Positions 21,885-32,641 of a DNA stretch of 64,000 nt are shown one piece after another (the stretch's first letter is position 1; each line of letters opens with the position of its first letter). The stretch is from Anaeromyxobacteraceae bacterium (GTDB taxonomy: Bacteria > Myxococcota > Myxococcia > Myxococcales > Anaeromyxobacteraceae): the NCBI GenBank assembly GCA_047602405.1, contig JASGHJ010000002.1:64001-128000 (forward strand), written 5' to 3'. A model generated the notes under the pieces. It was not told where the DNA came from. It was given only the letters and a program-made list of their open reading frames with translations, and searched no databases. A program made the position numbers and the translations under genes.

Positions 21885-22775
21885 TCAGGCGCGCAGGTGC
21901 CTCGCGAAGAACTCCAGGGTGCGCTTCCAGGCGAGGTCGGCCGCGGCCTTGTCGTAGCGGGGCGTGGTGTCGTTGTTGAAGCCGTGCTGCGTGCCCGGGT
22001 AGACGAAGAGCTGGTAGGGGACCTTGTTCGCCTTCAGCGCCTGCTCGAACGCGGGGATGCCCGCGTTGATCCGCTCGTCGTTCTCGGCGTACTGGATGAG
22101 CAGCGGCGCCTTGATGCGCGCGACGTCCTCCGCCGCCGGCGGCCCGCCGTAGAAGGGCACGCCCGCGGCGAGCTCCGGCGCGTGCGCGGCGAGGAAGGTC
22201 ACCATGCCGCCGCCCCAGCAGAAGCCCACCGCGCCGACCTTCCCGGTGCACTCCGGGCGCTGCTCCAGGAACGCGAGCCCGGCGAGCATGTCCTCCCGGG
22301 TCCTCGCCGGGTCGAGCTTCCCGAACAGCGCGCGCGCCTCGTCCTCGTTGCCGGGGTACCCGCCGGCGGGCGCGAGCGCGTCCGGCGCGAAGGCGACGTA
22401 GCCCTCGAGCGCGACGCGCCGCGCGACGTCCTCGATGTGCGGGTTGAGCCCGCGGTTCTCGTGCACGACGAGGACGCCGGGCAGCTTGCCCTTCGCCTTC
22501 GCCGGCACGACGAGGTACCCGCGCATCGTGCCCGAGCCCTTCGGCGACGGGTACTCGACCTTGCTCGCCTTCAGGCGCGGGTCGTCCGCCGGGACCTGCT
22601 GCGCCTCCGCGAACCTCGGCTGCAACGCGTCGAGCAGCATGCTCGCCGTCACGCCGCCGGCGACGAACCTCGCCGCGCCGGTCAGGAACCCCCGCCGGTC
22701 GATGAGGCCGTGGACGTAGCGGTCGAACAGCCTCAGCACCTCGGGGTGGAAGTCCGACGCGGTCTTTCGGGCCAT
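21885..22775 (-). CDS. Dienelactone hydrolase family protein (YghX-like)
   Basis: FDRYVHGLIDRRGFL N-terminus, HENRGLNPHIEDVARR, GFCWGG nucleophile motif, HGFNNDTTPRY. Confidence 0.9.
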   Translation of the reverse strand: MARKTASDFHPEVLRLFDRYVHGLIDRRGFLTGAARFVAGGVTASMLLDALQPRFAEAQQVPADDPRLKASKVEYPSPKGSGTMRGYLVVPAKAKGKLPGVLVVHENRGLNPHIEDVARRVALEGYVAFAPDALAPAGGYPGNEDEARALFGKLDPARTREDMLAGLAFLEQRPECTGKVGAVGFCWGGGMVTFLAAHAPELAAGVPFYGGPPAAEDVARIKAPLLIQYAENDERINAGIPAFEQALKANKVPYQLFVYPGTQHGFNNDTTPRYDKAAADLAWKRTLEFFARHLRA

Positions 22776-22784
22776 GAGGGGGGC

Positions 22785-24764
22785 CTAACGGACGGGCAGG
22801 TGCGCGCCAGCCTCCGTCGGGGCCCGGGGCGCCGCCTCGATGAGCGCCTGCAGCTGATCGAGGGGCGCCGGCTTCGGGAGCTGCGCGTCGAACCCGGCCG
22901 CCCTCCCGCGCTCGCGGTCCTCGGGCTGGGTGTAGCCGCTCACGGCGATGAGGCGCACGCCCTGGAGCGCGGGGTCGCTGCGCATCGCGCGCGCGACCTC
23001 GTAGCCGTCCATGTCCGGCAGGCCGATGTCGCAGAGCACGACGTCGGGGTGGAGCGAGCGCGCCATCCCGATGCCGGTCGCGCCGTCGGGTGCGAGCTGC
23101 ACCTCGTGGCCCTCCAGCGAGAGGACGTCGGCGAGGGTCTGCGCGGCGTCGAGGTTGTCCTCGACCACGAGCACGCGGTGCGGGTGGCGGCACCTTCCCG
23201 GCGGCGGCGCCGCGGTCGGCTCCGGACCCGGTGGGCTGGCGTCCACCGGGAACGAGACCGTGAACCGCGATCCGCGCCCGGGGCCTCCGCTCGAGGCCGA
23301 CACCGTTCCGCCCTGGAGCTCGACGAGCCCCTTCGACAGCGCGAGCCCGAGGCCCAGCCCGCCGCGGACCCGCGCCGGCCCGCCCTCCCCCTGCGCGAAG
23401 GGCTCGAACATCCGCGCGACGAGGGCCGGCTCCATCCCGATGCCGGTGTCCTCCACGGTCAGGACCGCGCGGCCGCCCTCCTCGCGGAGCGAGACCGCGA
23501 CCGACCCGCCCGGCGGGGTGAACTTCTCCGCGTTCTGCAGGAGGTTGCCGACGACCTGGCTCACGCGCTCGGCGTCGACGTTCACCCGCACCGGCGCGGC
23601 GGGCAGGGTGAGCGGGTGCGCCAGCCCCGCCCGCTCGAGGAGCGGGGCGTGGTCTTCGGTCACCGCGCGCACCACGTCCCGCAGGTCCAGCACGGAGCGC
23701 TGGATGCGGACCTTGCCGCGCGAGATGCGGGTGAGGTCCAGGAGATCGTCCACGAGCCGCGTGAGGTGCTGCACCTGGCGGCGCACGACCATCCGGGCGC
23801 GCCGCGCCACCTCTCCGTCGGCGGGGGAGCGCTCCACGAGGTGGAGCGCGTTCTGGATGGGGGCGAGCGGGTTGCGCAGCTCGTGGGAGAGGACGCCGAG
23901 GAAGTCGTTCTTGCGGCGGTCGGCGTCGAGCAGCGCCTCCTGCGCCCGGCGCAGCTCGGCGACGCGGGCGCGGAGCTCCAGCTCGGTCCGGACGTGCTCG
24001 GTGACGTCGCCGACGTAGCCGTGCCAGAGCGTCCCGCCGTCCGGCTCGCGCGAGGGGATCGACGTGCCGTCCAGCCAGCGGAGCCCGCGCGTGGGGTGGT
24101 CGTACCGGAAGCGCGCGTGCCAGGGGGTGAGCTCCCTCCTCGACCGCTCGATGCGCTCCGAGACCTCGGCGAGGTCGTCGGGAGGGATGCGCTCGAACAC
24201 CGGGCGCATGTCCCGCGCGAGCGTCGCCGCGGGCAGGCCGTAGACCTCCTCCATCCCCGGGGCGGCGAGCGGCATCGACACCGTCCCGTCGGGCGCGAGG
24301 CGGAACGAGCACACCACCCCCGGCACGCTCGCGGCCACCTTCGCGAGCCGATCCTTCGCGGCGAGCTCGTCGAGGAGCACCGCCTCCCGGGAGCGGGCCG
24401 CGTCCTCGTCGACGCCGGCCATGAGGAGGCCGGTGAAGCACTCCCCGTCGAGGAGCGGGACCAGGCGGAAGTGGAAGCCGTGGAATGCGCCGTCGCGGCC
24501 GCGCAGCCGCACGCCCAGCTCGACGAGCGCGTGCTCGCGCGAGGCCCGGTCGAGCCCCGTCCGGAGGGAAGGGAGGTCCTCCGGCTCGACGGCGCGCTCC
24601 CAGCCGTCGCGCCGGGTGGCCGCGAGGTCGAGCCCCGAGTAGTCCCGCCAGCTCCGGCTGACGTACTCGAGCGCCCCGTCCTGCCGGAACACCCAGATCA
24701 CCTCGCGGCTCGCGAGGTTCAGGGCCTCGAGGAGCACGCTGCCCTTCACCGAGAGCATGGCCAC
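22785..24764 (-). CDS. Hybrid sensor histidine kinase (2 PAS-HisKA-HATPase-REC)
   Basis: LSHELRNPLAPIQN, NAEKFT, GLGLGL; receiver VEDN…CDIGLPD. Confidence 0.92.
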   Translation of the reverse strand: MAMLSVKGSVLLEALNLASREVIWVFRQDGALEYVSRSWRDYSGLDLAATRRDGWERAVEPEDLPSLRTGLDRASREHALVELGVRLRGRDGAFHGFHFRLVPLLDGECFTGLLMAGVDEDAARSREAVLLDELAAKDRLAKVAASVPGVVCSFRLAPDGTVSMPLAAPGMEEVYGLPAATLARDMRPVFERIPPDDLAEVSERIERSRRELTPWHARFRYDHPTRGLRWLDGTSIPSREPDGGTLWHGYVGDVTEHVRTELELRARVAELRRAQEALLDADRRKNDFLGVLSHELRNPLAPIQNALHLVERSPADGEVARRARMVVRRQVQHLTRLVDDLLDLTRISRGKVRIQRSVLDLRDVVRAVTEDHAPLLERAGLAHPLTLPAAPVRVNVDAERVSQVVGNLLQNAEKFTPPGGSVAVSLREEGGRAVLTVEDTGIGMEPALVARMFEPFAQGEGGPARVRGGLGLGLALSKGLVELQGGTVSASSGGPGRGSRFTVSFPVDASPPGPEPTAAPPPGRCRHPHRVLVVEDNLDAAQTLADVLSLEGHEVQLAPDGATGIGMARSLHPDVVLCDIGLPDMDGYEVARAMRSDPALQGVRLIAVSGYTQPEDRERGRAAGFDAQLPKPAPLDQLQALIEAAPRAPTEAGAHLPVR

Positions 24765-24881
24765 AGGCTACTCCGTGCGCGCGAGAGAAGCAGGAGGCGG
24801 CCGAGCCTTGCATTCGTCAACGTCCGGGCGCTCGCCCGCCCGCCTGTCGAGCGGCGGCCGAGGGCCGCGCGCCCGTGAGCG

Positions 24882-25691
24882 TCACCGCATCACGACCAGC
24901 CCGGAGACGTTCCCGACCACCGGCGAGGTGATCGTGAAGCCGAGCACCGCGCGCTCGCCGGCGGGGCCCACGACGAGGCCCTGGACGTGCTTGCCGTAGG
25001 TGAGCCAGCCGCCGCAGGCGGTCGGACAGCCGCCGGCGCTCGTCACGGTGCCGTCCGACGGGCCGATGATCCGGGAGTCGGTGTCCCCTCCCTTCGCGAA
25101 CGTCCCGGTGCCCTGGAGGCGGAAGGTCTGACCGGCGACCGTGGTGGTGAGGTCGTAGGCGGCCGTGCCGGCGGCGTAGTCCACGGCGAGGGTGCCGGTC
25201 ACGGCGTCGGCGGCGCCGGCCGTGACGGTCGTCCCCTGCGTGGCGGTCGTCGCGGTGCTCCGCGCCGCGGCGTACGACCGCTTCAGGGTCGCGAGCACGG
25301 AGGCCGGCGTGGTGTGCGTCGAGGTCGTGACCGCATAGTGCAGGTGGCGGATGGCGCCGCCCAGCGTCGGGTGCGTGGAGGTCCCGGCGCTCCACCGGCC
25401 CCACGCCACGAGCCCGTCCGCGGAGAAGTCGTCGGAGGCGCCGTTCGAGAAGCCCCAGCCCGAGACGTCGTCGAAGGCCGTCATCTTGCCCGCCGCGTCG
25501 AACGTGAACGCGCCACCGAGGAGCCCGCCGTCGCGCGCGCCGTCGGCGTCCCAGGCGATCGCGCCGCCGCCGCTCCCGCTGAGCAGGGGGACGACGGGGT
25601 CCTGGTGCCCGCCGCCCCCGTCGCCGGAGGAGCCGCCGCAGGCGGCGAGGAGGAGGGCGGGGAGGGCGAGGCGGAGGGCGCGTGCGGTCAT
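24882..25691 (-). CDS. Hypothetical lipoprotein, beta-rich
   Basis: Lipobox LAAC; Gly/Thr-rich with VAWGRW segment and CPTAC motif. Confidence 0.65.
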   Translation of the reverse strand: MTARALRLALPALLLAACGGSSGDGGGGHQDPVVPLLSGSGGGAIAWDADGARDGGLLGGAFTFDAAGKMTAFDDVSGWGFSNGASDDFSADGLVAWGRWSAGTSTHPTLGGAIRHLHYAVTTSTHTTPASVLATLKRSYAAARSTATTATQGTTVTAGAADAVTGTLAVDYAAGTAAYDLTTTVAGQTFRLQGTGTFAKGGDTDSRIIGPSDGTVTSAGGCPTACGGWLTYGKHVQGLVVGPAGERAVLGFTITSPVVGNVSGLVVMR

Positions 25692-25895
25692 GGGCGCGAG
25701 CATGTCGGAGCGGCGGGCGACGCCGCAACGTCACCTCCGTGTGGCCCAGCCGACTTCCTGCGAGTGGCCCAGGGTCCCCTCCTCCGGGCAGGCGTACGCA
25801 ACCGGGCGCCCGATCCGGGAGGCCGTGGACGGCCCGCGTGACCCGGGCCCTCCGGGGCCCTTGGTCCGGGGCTCGAGGCGACCCTATCTGCCGCG

Positions 25896-26225
25896 ATGGA
25901 GGAGAGGCTGAGGCTGCTCGAGGCCGGCCGCGCCGCGCTCCGTGCCGGGGAGCTGTGGGGCGCGGCGGTCTGCCTCAGGCTCATCTTCTCGACGGACGAG
26001 CTCGCGCGGCTCGAGCGCGGCGACGAGGCGGACCGGAGAGCCGTCTCGCTCCTCCGCGAGCTCGACGGCTATGCGCGGACCCGCAGCCAGCAGGCAGGCC
26101 GGGCGGCCATGACCGAGCTCGAGCGCGACGCAATCCAGCTCCTCGAGTTCGCCCAGCGCTGGCTCGAGGGGCGCGTCGGTCCCCGGCAGGCGAGCGCCCA
26201 CCTCCCGCGAGCGCGGTCGGAATAG
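25896..26225 (+). CDS. Hypothetical helical protein (109 aa)
   Basis: Protein-like composition and GC3 pattern; directly upstream of a kinase gene on the same strand. Confidence 0.5.
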   Translation: MEERLRLLEAGRAALRAGELWGAAVCLRLIFSTDELARLERGDEADRRAVSLLRELDGYARTRSQQAGRAAMTELERDAIQLLEFAQRWLEGRVGPRQASAHLPRARSE

Positions 26226-26257
26226 GCGTCCCGGCGCGCCCTGTTGGTGGAGGTCGT

Positions 26258-27403
26258 ATGCCTCCGCACCCCGACGCCCCCGCGCACGCCGTGCCGCCGC
26301 TCGCGTCGATCGACGAGCTCCTCGCGCTCGGCGACGCCTTCCTCGAGCTCGCCCACGACTGGCGGATCCTGCGCGTCAACGCGGCGCAGGAGCGGCTCTC
26401 GCGGACGCCGAGGGACCGGTCGCTCGGCCGGGTGTTCTGGGAGGTGTGGCCCGAGGCGGCAACCCCCGACTCGCTCTACTGGCGCGAGTATCACCGCTGC
26501 CGGGACGAGCGCGTGGCGGTGCACTTCGAGGAGCACTTCGAGCCGCTCGACCTGTGGACGGGCGTCACCGCCTTCCCGCTCTCGACGGGCGGCATCGCGA
26601 TCTTCTTCCGGGACATCACCGAGCAGAAGCAGGCCGACGAGGCCCTTCGCGCGGCGCTCGACCGGGCGGAGGACGCGAACGAGCGCCTGCGGGAGGCCGA
26701 CCGCAAGAAGGACGAGTTCCTGGGGATGCTCTCGCACGAGCTGCGCAACCCGCTCGCGCCCATCCGGAACTCGCTCTTCATCCTGGACCGCGCCGAGCCC
26801 GGCAGCGACGTGGCGCGACGGGCGCGCGAGGTCGCGAACCGGCAGGTCGGGCACCTGGCGCGCCTCGTGGACGACCTCCTCGACGTGACCCGCGTCGCGC
26901 GGAACAAGATCGAGCTCGTGAGGTCGCCCCTCGACCTCGCCGCCCTCGTGCGCCGGAGCGCCGAGGACTACCGGGCCTCCATGCGCGAGCGCGGCCTCGC
27001 GCTCGAGGTGGACGTCCCCCCGGACCCGGTCGTGGTGGTGGGCGACGAGACCCGGCTCGGCCAGGTGTTCTGGAACCTGCTCTCCAACGCGGCGAAGTTC
27101 ACGCCCGCCGGCGGGACGGTCGTCGTGGCGCTGGAGGTCCGGGGCGAGCAGGCGGGGGTCCGCGTCCGCGACACCGGGGTGGGCATCGAGCCGCGCCTGC
27201 TCGACGAGGTGTTCGAGCCGTTCACCCAGGGCACGCAGACGCCCGCCCGGAGCGAGGGCGGCCTCGGGCTCGGGCTCGCGCTCGTGAAGGGGCTCACCGA
27301 GCTGCACGGCGGCGCGGTCCGGGTGGCGAGCACGCCGGGCCAGGGGACCGAGTTCACGGTGGAGCTGCCGCTCGCGGTGGACGGCGGGCGGCAGCCCACC
27401 TGA
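26258..27403 (+). CDS. PAS-domain sensor histidine kinase (no receiver)
   Basis: GGAGG RBS, ATG 26258; PAS, LSHELRNPLAPIRN, NAAKFT, GLGLGL. Confidence 0.9.
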   Translation: MPPHPDAPAHAVPPLASIDELLALGDAFLELAHDWRILRVNAAQERLSRTPRDRSLGRVFWEVWPEAATPDSLYWREYHRCRDERVAVHFEEHFEPLDLWTGVTAFPLSTGGIAIFFRDITEQKQADEALRAALDRAEDANERLREADRKKDEFLGMLSHELRNPLAPIRNSLFILDRAEPGSDVARRAREVANRQVGHLARLVDDLLDVTRVARNKIELVRSPLDLAALVRRSAEDYRASMRERGLALEVDVPPDPVVVVGDETRLGQVFWNLLSNAAKFTPAGGTVVVALEVRGEQAGVRVRDTGVGIEPRLLDEVFEPFTQGTQTPARSEGGLGLGLALVKGLTELHGGAVRVASTPGQGTEFTVELPLAVDGGRQPT

Positions 27404-27408
27404 GCCGC

Positions 27409-28305
27409 TCAGCGCGCCGTCACGACCTGCGACGTCGGGTAGCCCTTCATCGTGCCGACCTTGCCGTAGCCGTCCAGGCTCGTGCCGGTCATGCACGTCG
27501 TCATCATCATGCCGCCGGCGGTGCAGTCGCCGTAGGCGAGCCTGTCGAGCTGCGCCTTCGCGAGCGCCGCGGCGGGGTCCGCGGACGGCACGAAGAGCAG
27601 CGCGTACGCGTTGCCCACGCCGCCCGCCTTCGGGCTCGCCGCGCCCGCGGCGAGGCCGTAATAGGAGGTGCCGGCGCCCGGGGCGAAGCCGCCCGGATCG
27701 AAGACGTCGGTCGTGTCGAGCGCGAAGGTCGCGACGAGGACCCCGTCCACCCCGCCGAGCGTGACGGCCTCGGCGGAGCGCTGGTGCGTGAGCGCGACGG
27801 TGGTCATGGGCGGGGCGTACACGCCGCCGTTCTTCGTCATCGCCTGGGTGAGCGTGCCGGCGAGGCCCGTGACCTGCTTCGCGGTCGCGTCCCAGGTGAA
27901 CGCGCCGGTGAAGACGGTGTCGTTCGGCTGGGTCATCGGCTCGGTGAAGGTCGCGACGACGCCGAAGAACCGGAGCGCGCCGGTCGTGGCCGCCGCCGAC
28001 GGCCCGGTGTCGTTGTTCGCCACGACGGTGAACGTGTGGGCGGTCCCGGACTCGAGGTCGGTCACGGTGATGGGCGACGCCGTGCCGTACGCGGTGTGCC
28101 CGCCCGGCTGCGCGGTCACGGCGTAGACCGCGATGGGCGAGGAGCCCGGGTCACCCGGCGCGGTGAAGCTGACGACGGCGGTGCCGGGGGCGTCTCCCGC
28201 GGAGACGCCGGTGATCGTCGGCGCGCCGGGCGGGGACCCGTCCTTGCCCCCGCAGGCGGAGAGGGTGAGGAGCAGTGCGGCGGAAAAAATGGCTGCGGTC
28301 TTCAT
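27409..28305 (-). CDS. Lipoprotein with fibronectin type III domain and Cys/Met-rich C-terminal domain
   Basis: Lipobox LSAC; PGAPTITGV…YAVT…TFTVVANN Fn3; C-terminal YGDCTAGGMMMTTCMTGT. Confidence 0.8.
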   Translation of the reverse strand: MKTAAIFSAALLLTLSACGGKDGSPPGAPTITGVSAGDAPGTAVVSFTAPGDPGSSPIAVYAVTAQPGGHTAYGTASPITVTDLESGTAHTFTVVANNDTGPSAAATTGALRFFGVVATFTEPMTQPNDTVFTGAFTWDATAKQVTGLAGTLTQAMTKNGGVYAPPMTTVALTHQRSAEAVTLGGVDGVLVATFALDTTDVFDPGGFAPGAGTSYYGLAAGAASPKAGGVGNAYALLFVPSADPAAALAKAQLDRLAYGDCTAGGMMMTTCMTGTSLDGYGKVGTMKGYPTSQVVTAR

Positions 28306-28378
28306 GTGCACGACCTCGCTTTCGAGGGTGAGGAACTCGTCGAGCGGGAACGGCGGCCCGGGGTGCTCCGGTGCGCGC

Positions 28379-29782
28379 TCATTCCCGCGTGGTCACCTGC
28401 GCGGAGGGGTGGCCGCCCATCGTGCCGAGCGTCCCGTACCCCGCGACCGAGGTGCCGGTCATGCAGCTCGCGCCCATCATCCCGCCCGGCGTGCAGTCGG
28501 CGTAGGCCAGCCCGTCGAGCTGCGCGGCCGTGGGGGCGGCGGTCGGGTCGGCGAGGTTCACCCAGATCCGCGCGTAGGCGTTGCCCGGGTTCTCGCCCGG
28601 GAAGCCCGCATGGAGCGCCGAGCCGGAGCCGGGGCTGAAGCCGTCGGTGCCGCCGTACCTCGCGTCGGCGGTGAAGGTCGCGGTGGTGCCGAGGCGGAAC
28701 ACCGTCACGAGGAGCCCGCCGGCGCCGTCGACGGCCGCCGGCAGGCTCGAGAGCGCGTGCTCGAGCGGGAGCCACGTCATCGTGTCGTCGGGGTACGGCG
28801 TGTTCCCGCCGGTCATGGACTCGGCGAGCCGGCCGCGGAGGCCCGACACGGCGCCCGCCGTGGCGTCGAGCATGTAGCTGCCCGAGAAGATCGTGTCGTT
28901 GGGCTGGGTGTCCGGCTCGTGGAAGGTCGCGACCACGCGGTAGCGGGTGACGAGCGCCGCCGGCGCGGAGGCCGGGCCCGCGCCGTGGGCGTTCGACGCG
29001 CTCACGGCGAACCGGTATCCGGCGCAGGTCGAGGGGCAGGCGACGGCGATGGGCGACGTCGCCGCGGCCGCCGTGACGCCCGCCGGGATCGAGGTGACCG
29101 TGAAGCCGGTGACGGGGCTGCCCCCGGCGTGGACGAGGCCGGCCCGGACGAGCGCGGTGCCGGGCCCGTCCCCCGCGCTCGCGGCGACGCCCTCCGGCGC
29201 GCCGGGCGCCGCCGGCGCCCCCGGGGCCACGATCGTGACGGTGCGCGACGCCGCGAGCCCGCCCGCGGCCGCGGTCACGGTGCAGTCGCCCGGCGCGAGC
29301 GCGACCACCCGGCCCGAGGCCGCGTCGACCGCGCAGGTCGCCGGCGTCGCGGTGCCGTACGCGATGGGGGCGCCGCTCGAGGCGGTGGCGGCGGCGGTGG
29401 CCTGGTCGTGCTGGGCGAGCGGCGGCAGCGGGGCGAGCTCGAGCACGTCGTCGAAGACGAAGGTGACCGTCTGCGTGATCTCGGGCGCCGGGGCGTACCG
29501 CGTGTCGCCCGGCTGGTTCGCGGCGACGATGCAGGCGCCGCCGCGGAGCGCGCTCACGACGCCGGTCGCGGCGTCGACCGTGCAGGCGCCCGGGCTGCCG
29601 GAGGCGTAGCGGACCGGGAGCCCGGAGGTCGCGGCCGCGTGCACGCTGGCCTCCGCCTGGTTCACCGCGGGCGCGGGCGCCGCGGCGAAGGCGAGGGTCT
29701 GCGGGCGGGCCTCGACGACGGGGCCTTCGTCGCACGCGGCGAGCGCGGCGGCGAGGAGGATCAGGGCGGGGCGGGACCTCAT
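28379..29782 (-). CDS. Lipoprotein with Ig-like repeats, Fn3 domain and the same Cys/Met-rich C-terminal domain
   Basis: Lipobox LAAC; two ATSGLPV/ASSGAPI…CxV…GxC repeats; Fn3; C-terminal YADCTPGGMMGASCMTGT. Confidence 0.8.
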   Translation of the reverse strand: MRSRPALILLAAALAACDEGPVVEARPQTLAFAAAPAPAVNQAEASVHAAATSGLPVRYASGSPGACTVDAATGVVSALRGGACIVAANQPGDTRYAPAPEITQTVTFVFDDVLELAPLPPLAQHDQATAAATASSGAPIAYGTATPATCAVDAASGRVVALAPGDCTVTAAAGGLAASRTVTIVAPGAPAAPGAPEGVAASAGDGPGTALVRAGLVHAGGSPVTGFTVTSIPAGVTAAAATSPIAVACPSTCAGYRFAVSASNAHGAGPASAPAALVTRYRVVATFHEPDTQPNDTIFSGSYMLDATAGAVSGLRGRLAESMTGGNTPYPDDTMTWLPLEHALSSLPAAVDGAGGLLVTVFRLGTTATFTADARYGGTDGFSPGSGSALHAGFPGENPGNAYARIWVNLADPTAAPTAAQLDGLAYADCTPGGMMGASCMTGTSVAGYGTLGTMGGHPSAQVTTRE

Positions 29783-29785
29783 CGC

Positions 29786-32068
29786 TCAGTACCTCACCGT
29801 GAGGGCCGCGTTGACCGAGCGGCCGGGGCCGGGCACCGGCGTGCCCCAGGGCAGGCCGCCGGTGGACATCGAGGCGCCCTGGCCCGCGTAGGCGCCGCCG
29901 AGCGGGTTCGCGTGGAGCCGGTCGAGGGCGTTCTCGACGGAGAGGTCCACCCGGAGGTGCTCGAGGTCGGCGCTCGCGCGCAGGTTCACGACCGCGTACC
30001 CGCCGGTGCGGACCTCGTTGCGCACGCGCGAGACGCGGGTCTTGTCGCCCGCGGCGACGAGCTCGGCGGTGGTGGTGAAGGGCCCGGCGCGGTGGACGAC
30101 GGAGAGCGTGCCGCCGAGCGGCGCGATGCCGTACAGCCCGTCGCCCGTCGTGAGGTTCTCGCCGCGCACCCAGGAGAGGGTCCCGGCCGCCGAAAGGCGT
30201 CCGAGGCGGCCCGCCTCGGCGAGGACCACGTCCGCCGCGAGGTCGGCGCCCACGAGCCGGGCCTCGTGGTTCGCGTACTGCAGGAGCACGAACCCGGTGG
30301 TCGCCGCGACGTTCTCCGCGCTGCACTGCCCGAGGTCGCAGCGGCGCGCGTCGACGTAGCGGTGCACCCGGGTGACGTGCGCGGCGGCCTGCCCGTTCCA
30401 TCGCCCCCGCGCCGCGTCGTGCCAGCCCGCGGTCGCGCTCGCGGTGTAGGCCGTCTCCGGGGCGAGGTCGACGTCGCCCAGGTAGCCGTTGCCGTCGCCC
30501 ACGAAGTTGTTCATGAGCGCGGCCATCGCGTTCGTGGACCAGGCGTAGCGCTCGTACAGGTTCGGGGTGCGGGTCTTCCGCGCCAGCCCGGCCTCGTAGG
30601 TCTGCGCGGGCGAGGGCGTGAACCGGGCCGAGAGGGTGGCGTCGAGGTTGCGATCGGCGCGACGGCGCCGCGAGGCGTTGAAGCGGGCCGCGTCCTCGCC
30701 CCAGACCGCGGGGAGCCCGTTGTCGTAGCCCTGCACCGGACCCGCGGAGGTGCGCACCGCGTCCCCGCGCAGGCCCGCCTGCGTGGTCCAGGCCCGTGAC
30801 CAGCGCGCCTCCCACTCGGCGTAGAGGTCGAGCCGCTCGCGGACGCCGTAGTCGACGTTCCAGAAGGTGTTCGGCCCCATGGTGCCGCCCACCGGCGGCC
30901 AGGCGTCGTAAAGCGTGTGGCGCTGCCCCTCGACGCCGGTGCGGAGGAGGTGGTCCGCCGGGAGGATGAGGTTCGCCCTCACGACCGCGTTCCAGGTGCG
31001 GGCCCGGGTGTCCATGGGCATGCCGGTGCCGTAGGAGAAGCGGGCCGGGCCCATGTCCATCTCGTGCAGGGTGCGCTGGTAGCCGGCGCTCGCCTCGAGG
31101 TCGCCCCACTCGTGCGCGGCGGTGTATCGCGCGGTGAACGACCGGTTGTCGTTGTCGGTCATGTCCATGCGCTGGTTGGGGAAGCCCTCGAAGCCGACGG
31201 TCTGCTGGCTCGCCTCGAGCTGGAGGAGGTGGCCGGGCCGGCGGAGCGCGAGGCGCACCGCGCGCTTCAGCGTGCCGCGGTAGGCGGAGGAGGCGATCAC
31301 GTCGCCGGGGACGACCGGCCCGCCCTCGCGGCCGGGCGTGGCGGGCTTGAACGCGCCGCCGGCGCGCACGTCGCCGGACCAGGCGTCGGACACCCCGACG
31401 TCGAGGCTGAGCCAGCCGAGCGCCCCGGTCGCGCCGAGGTCGAACCCGTGCGCCGCGCCGTTCGAGCGGACCCAGCCGCCCGCGCGGCCGCGCGCGACCC
31501 AGGCGTCGGGCCCGTTCGCGAACAGCGGCGGGGCCGAGCGCACCTGGATCGAGCCGCCGAGGCTGTCGCCGCCGACGCTGACCGGGGTGATGCCCGAGTA
31601 GACGGTCACCGAGGCGACGCGCGACGGATTGGCGTAGGAGAGCGGCGAGTTCATGTGGTTCGGGCAGGCGGGGACGAGGTCCGCGCCGTCGACCTGCACG
31701 CGCACGCGATCGTCGGCGAGGCCGTGGATCGCCGGGAGGCTCGAGATGCCGCCGGCGCCGCCCAGGGTCACGCCGGGCACGCCGCGGAGCAGCTCGGCCG
31801 CGTCCACGGTGGCGGGCCGGCGCGCCTCGAGCTCGCGCGCGCCGCGGCCGGCGGCGCCGAACGTGGAGCCGGTCGCGCCGGTGACGGCGGGCGGCAGGAC
31901 GATCTCGAGCTCGTCGAGGACCACGGGGTCCTGGGGCCCGGGCGGCGCCGCCTGCGCCGGCCGTGGCGCCGCCTGCGCCGGCTGTGTTCCCGCCTGCGCC
32001 GGCTGGGCGAAGGCGAGGGCCGGCGCGAGCAGGCCGACGGCCGCGCCGAGGGTCTTGAATGGGATCAT
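29786..32068 (-). CDS. TonB-dependent receptor, OprC/NosA-like (probable copper)
   Basis: Signal peptide; plug [15 protein letters not shown]…[22 protein letters not shown]-terminal ENALD…[15 protein letters not shown]; Met-rich loops. Confidence 0.88.
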   Translation of the reverse strand: MIPFKTLGAAVGLLAPALAFAQPAQAGTQPAQAAPRPAQAAPPGPQDPVVLDELEIVLPPAVTGATGSTFGAAGRGARELEARRPATVDAAELLRGVPGVTLGGAGGISSLPAIHGLADDRVRVQVDGADLVPACPNHMNSPLSYANPSRVASVTVYSGITPVSVGGDSLGGSIQVRSAPPLFANGPDAWVARGRAGGWVRSNGAAHGFDLGATGALGWLSLDVGVSDAWSGDVRAGGAFKPATPGREGGPVVPGDVIASSAYRGTLKRAVRLALRRPGHLLQLEASQQTVGFEGFPNQRMDMTDNDNRSFTARYTAAHEWGDLEASAGYQRTLHEMDMGPARFSYGTGMPMDTRARTWNAVVRANLILPADHLLRTGVEGQRHTLYDAWPPVGGTMGPNTFWNVDYGVRERLDLYAEWEARWSRAWTTQAGLRGDAVRTSAGPVQGYDNGLPAVWGEDAARFNASRRRRADRNLDATLSARFTPSPAQTYEAGLARKTRTPNLYERYAWSTNAMAALMNNFVGDGNGYLGDVDLAPETAYTASATAGWHDAARGRWNGQAAAHVTRVHRYVDARRCDLGQCSAENVAATTGFVLLQYANHEARLVGADLAADVVLAEAGRLGRLSAAGTLSWVRGENLTTGDGLYGIAPLGGTLSVVHRAGPFTTTAELVAAGDKTRVSRVRNEVRTGGYAVVNLRASADLEHLRVDLSVENALDRLHANPLGGAYAGQGASMSTGGLPWGTPVPGPGRSVNAALTVRY

Positions 32069-32185
32069 CTGACCGTGACGGGGCCGCGGCCCCGCGCGTG
32101 GAGGTGGACGCATGGCGTCGTCCGGACCTCACCGTCCGGGCGCGCCGCTCCGATCCGGCGCCGGGAGGGCGCCGGAGGTCCGGGC

Positions 32186-32635
32186 TCACGCCCGCGGAGG
32201 CGGGGTCACGGGGCGCGCGGCGCCGAGGCCGGCGAGCGCGACGGCGCGCGGGGTCGCGCGCGGGGCGGGGAGCGTCAGGGCTGGACGGGCCGCCGGGAGC
32301 ACGACGGGCTCGTGGCCGGGCGCGCGCGGCGCGCCCGCCTCCTCGTTGCCGCAGGTGCCCTTCACGCACGGGTGCGCGGGCGGCCGGGCGGAGCGGGCGA
32401 GCCTCGCCTTCGCCGCCGCGCGGTGGCACGGCGGCAGGGCCTCGTCCCGCGCCGCGGCCTCGAGCGCGCGGTGGCAGCCCGTGCAGTCGCAGTCCTCGTC
32501 GGGCCCGTGGTGGCACCGGCAGTGGTGCGCCGGGGGCCTCGTCGCGTCGACGAGCCCGCCGGCGCCGCTCGCGGACAGCGCGAGGGCGAGGGCGACCGCA
32601 GGTCGCCACCAGCCGGACGTTCGGCGGGAGGGCAC
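32186..32635 (-). CDS. His/Cys-rich exported or leader protein upstream of the TonB receptor
   Basis: Hydrophobic N-terminus, [31 protein letters not shown], Pro-rich end [12 protein letters not shown] 32635 chosen as start. Confidence 0.7.
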   Translation of the reverse strand: MPSRRTSGWWRPAVALALALSASGAGGLVDATRPPAHHCRCHHGPDEDCDCTGCHRALEAAARDEALPPCHRAAAKARLARSARPPAHPCVKGTCGNEEAGAPRAPGHEPVVLPAARPALTLPAPRATPRAVALAGLGAARPVTPPPRA

Positions 32636-32641
32636 GGACCC

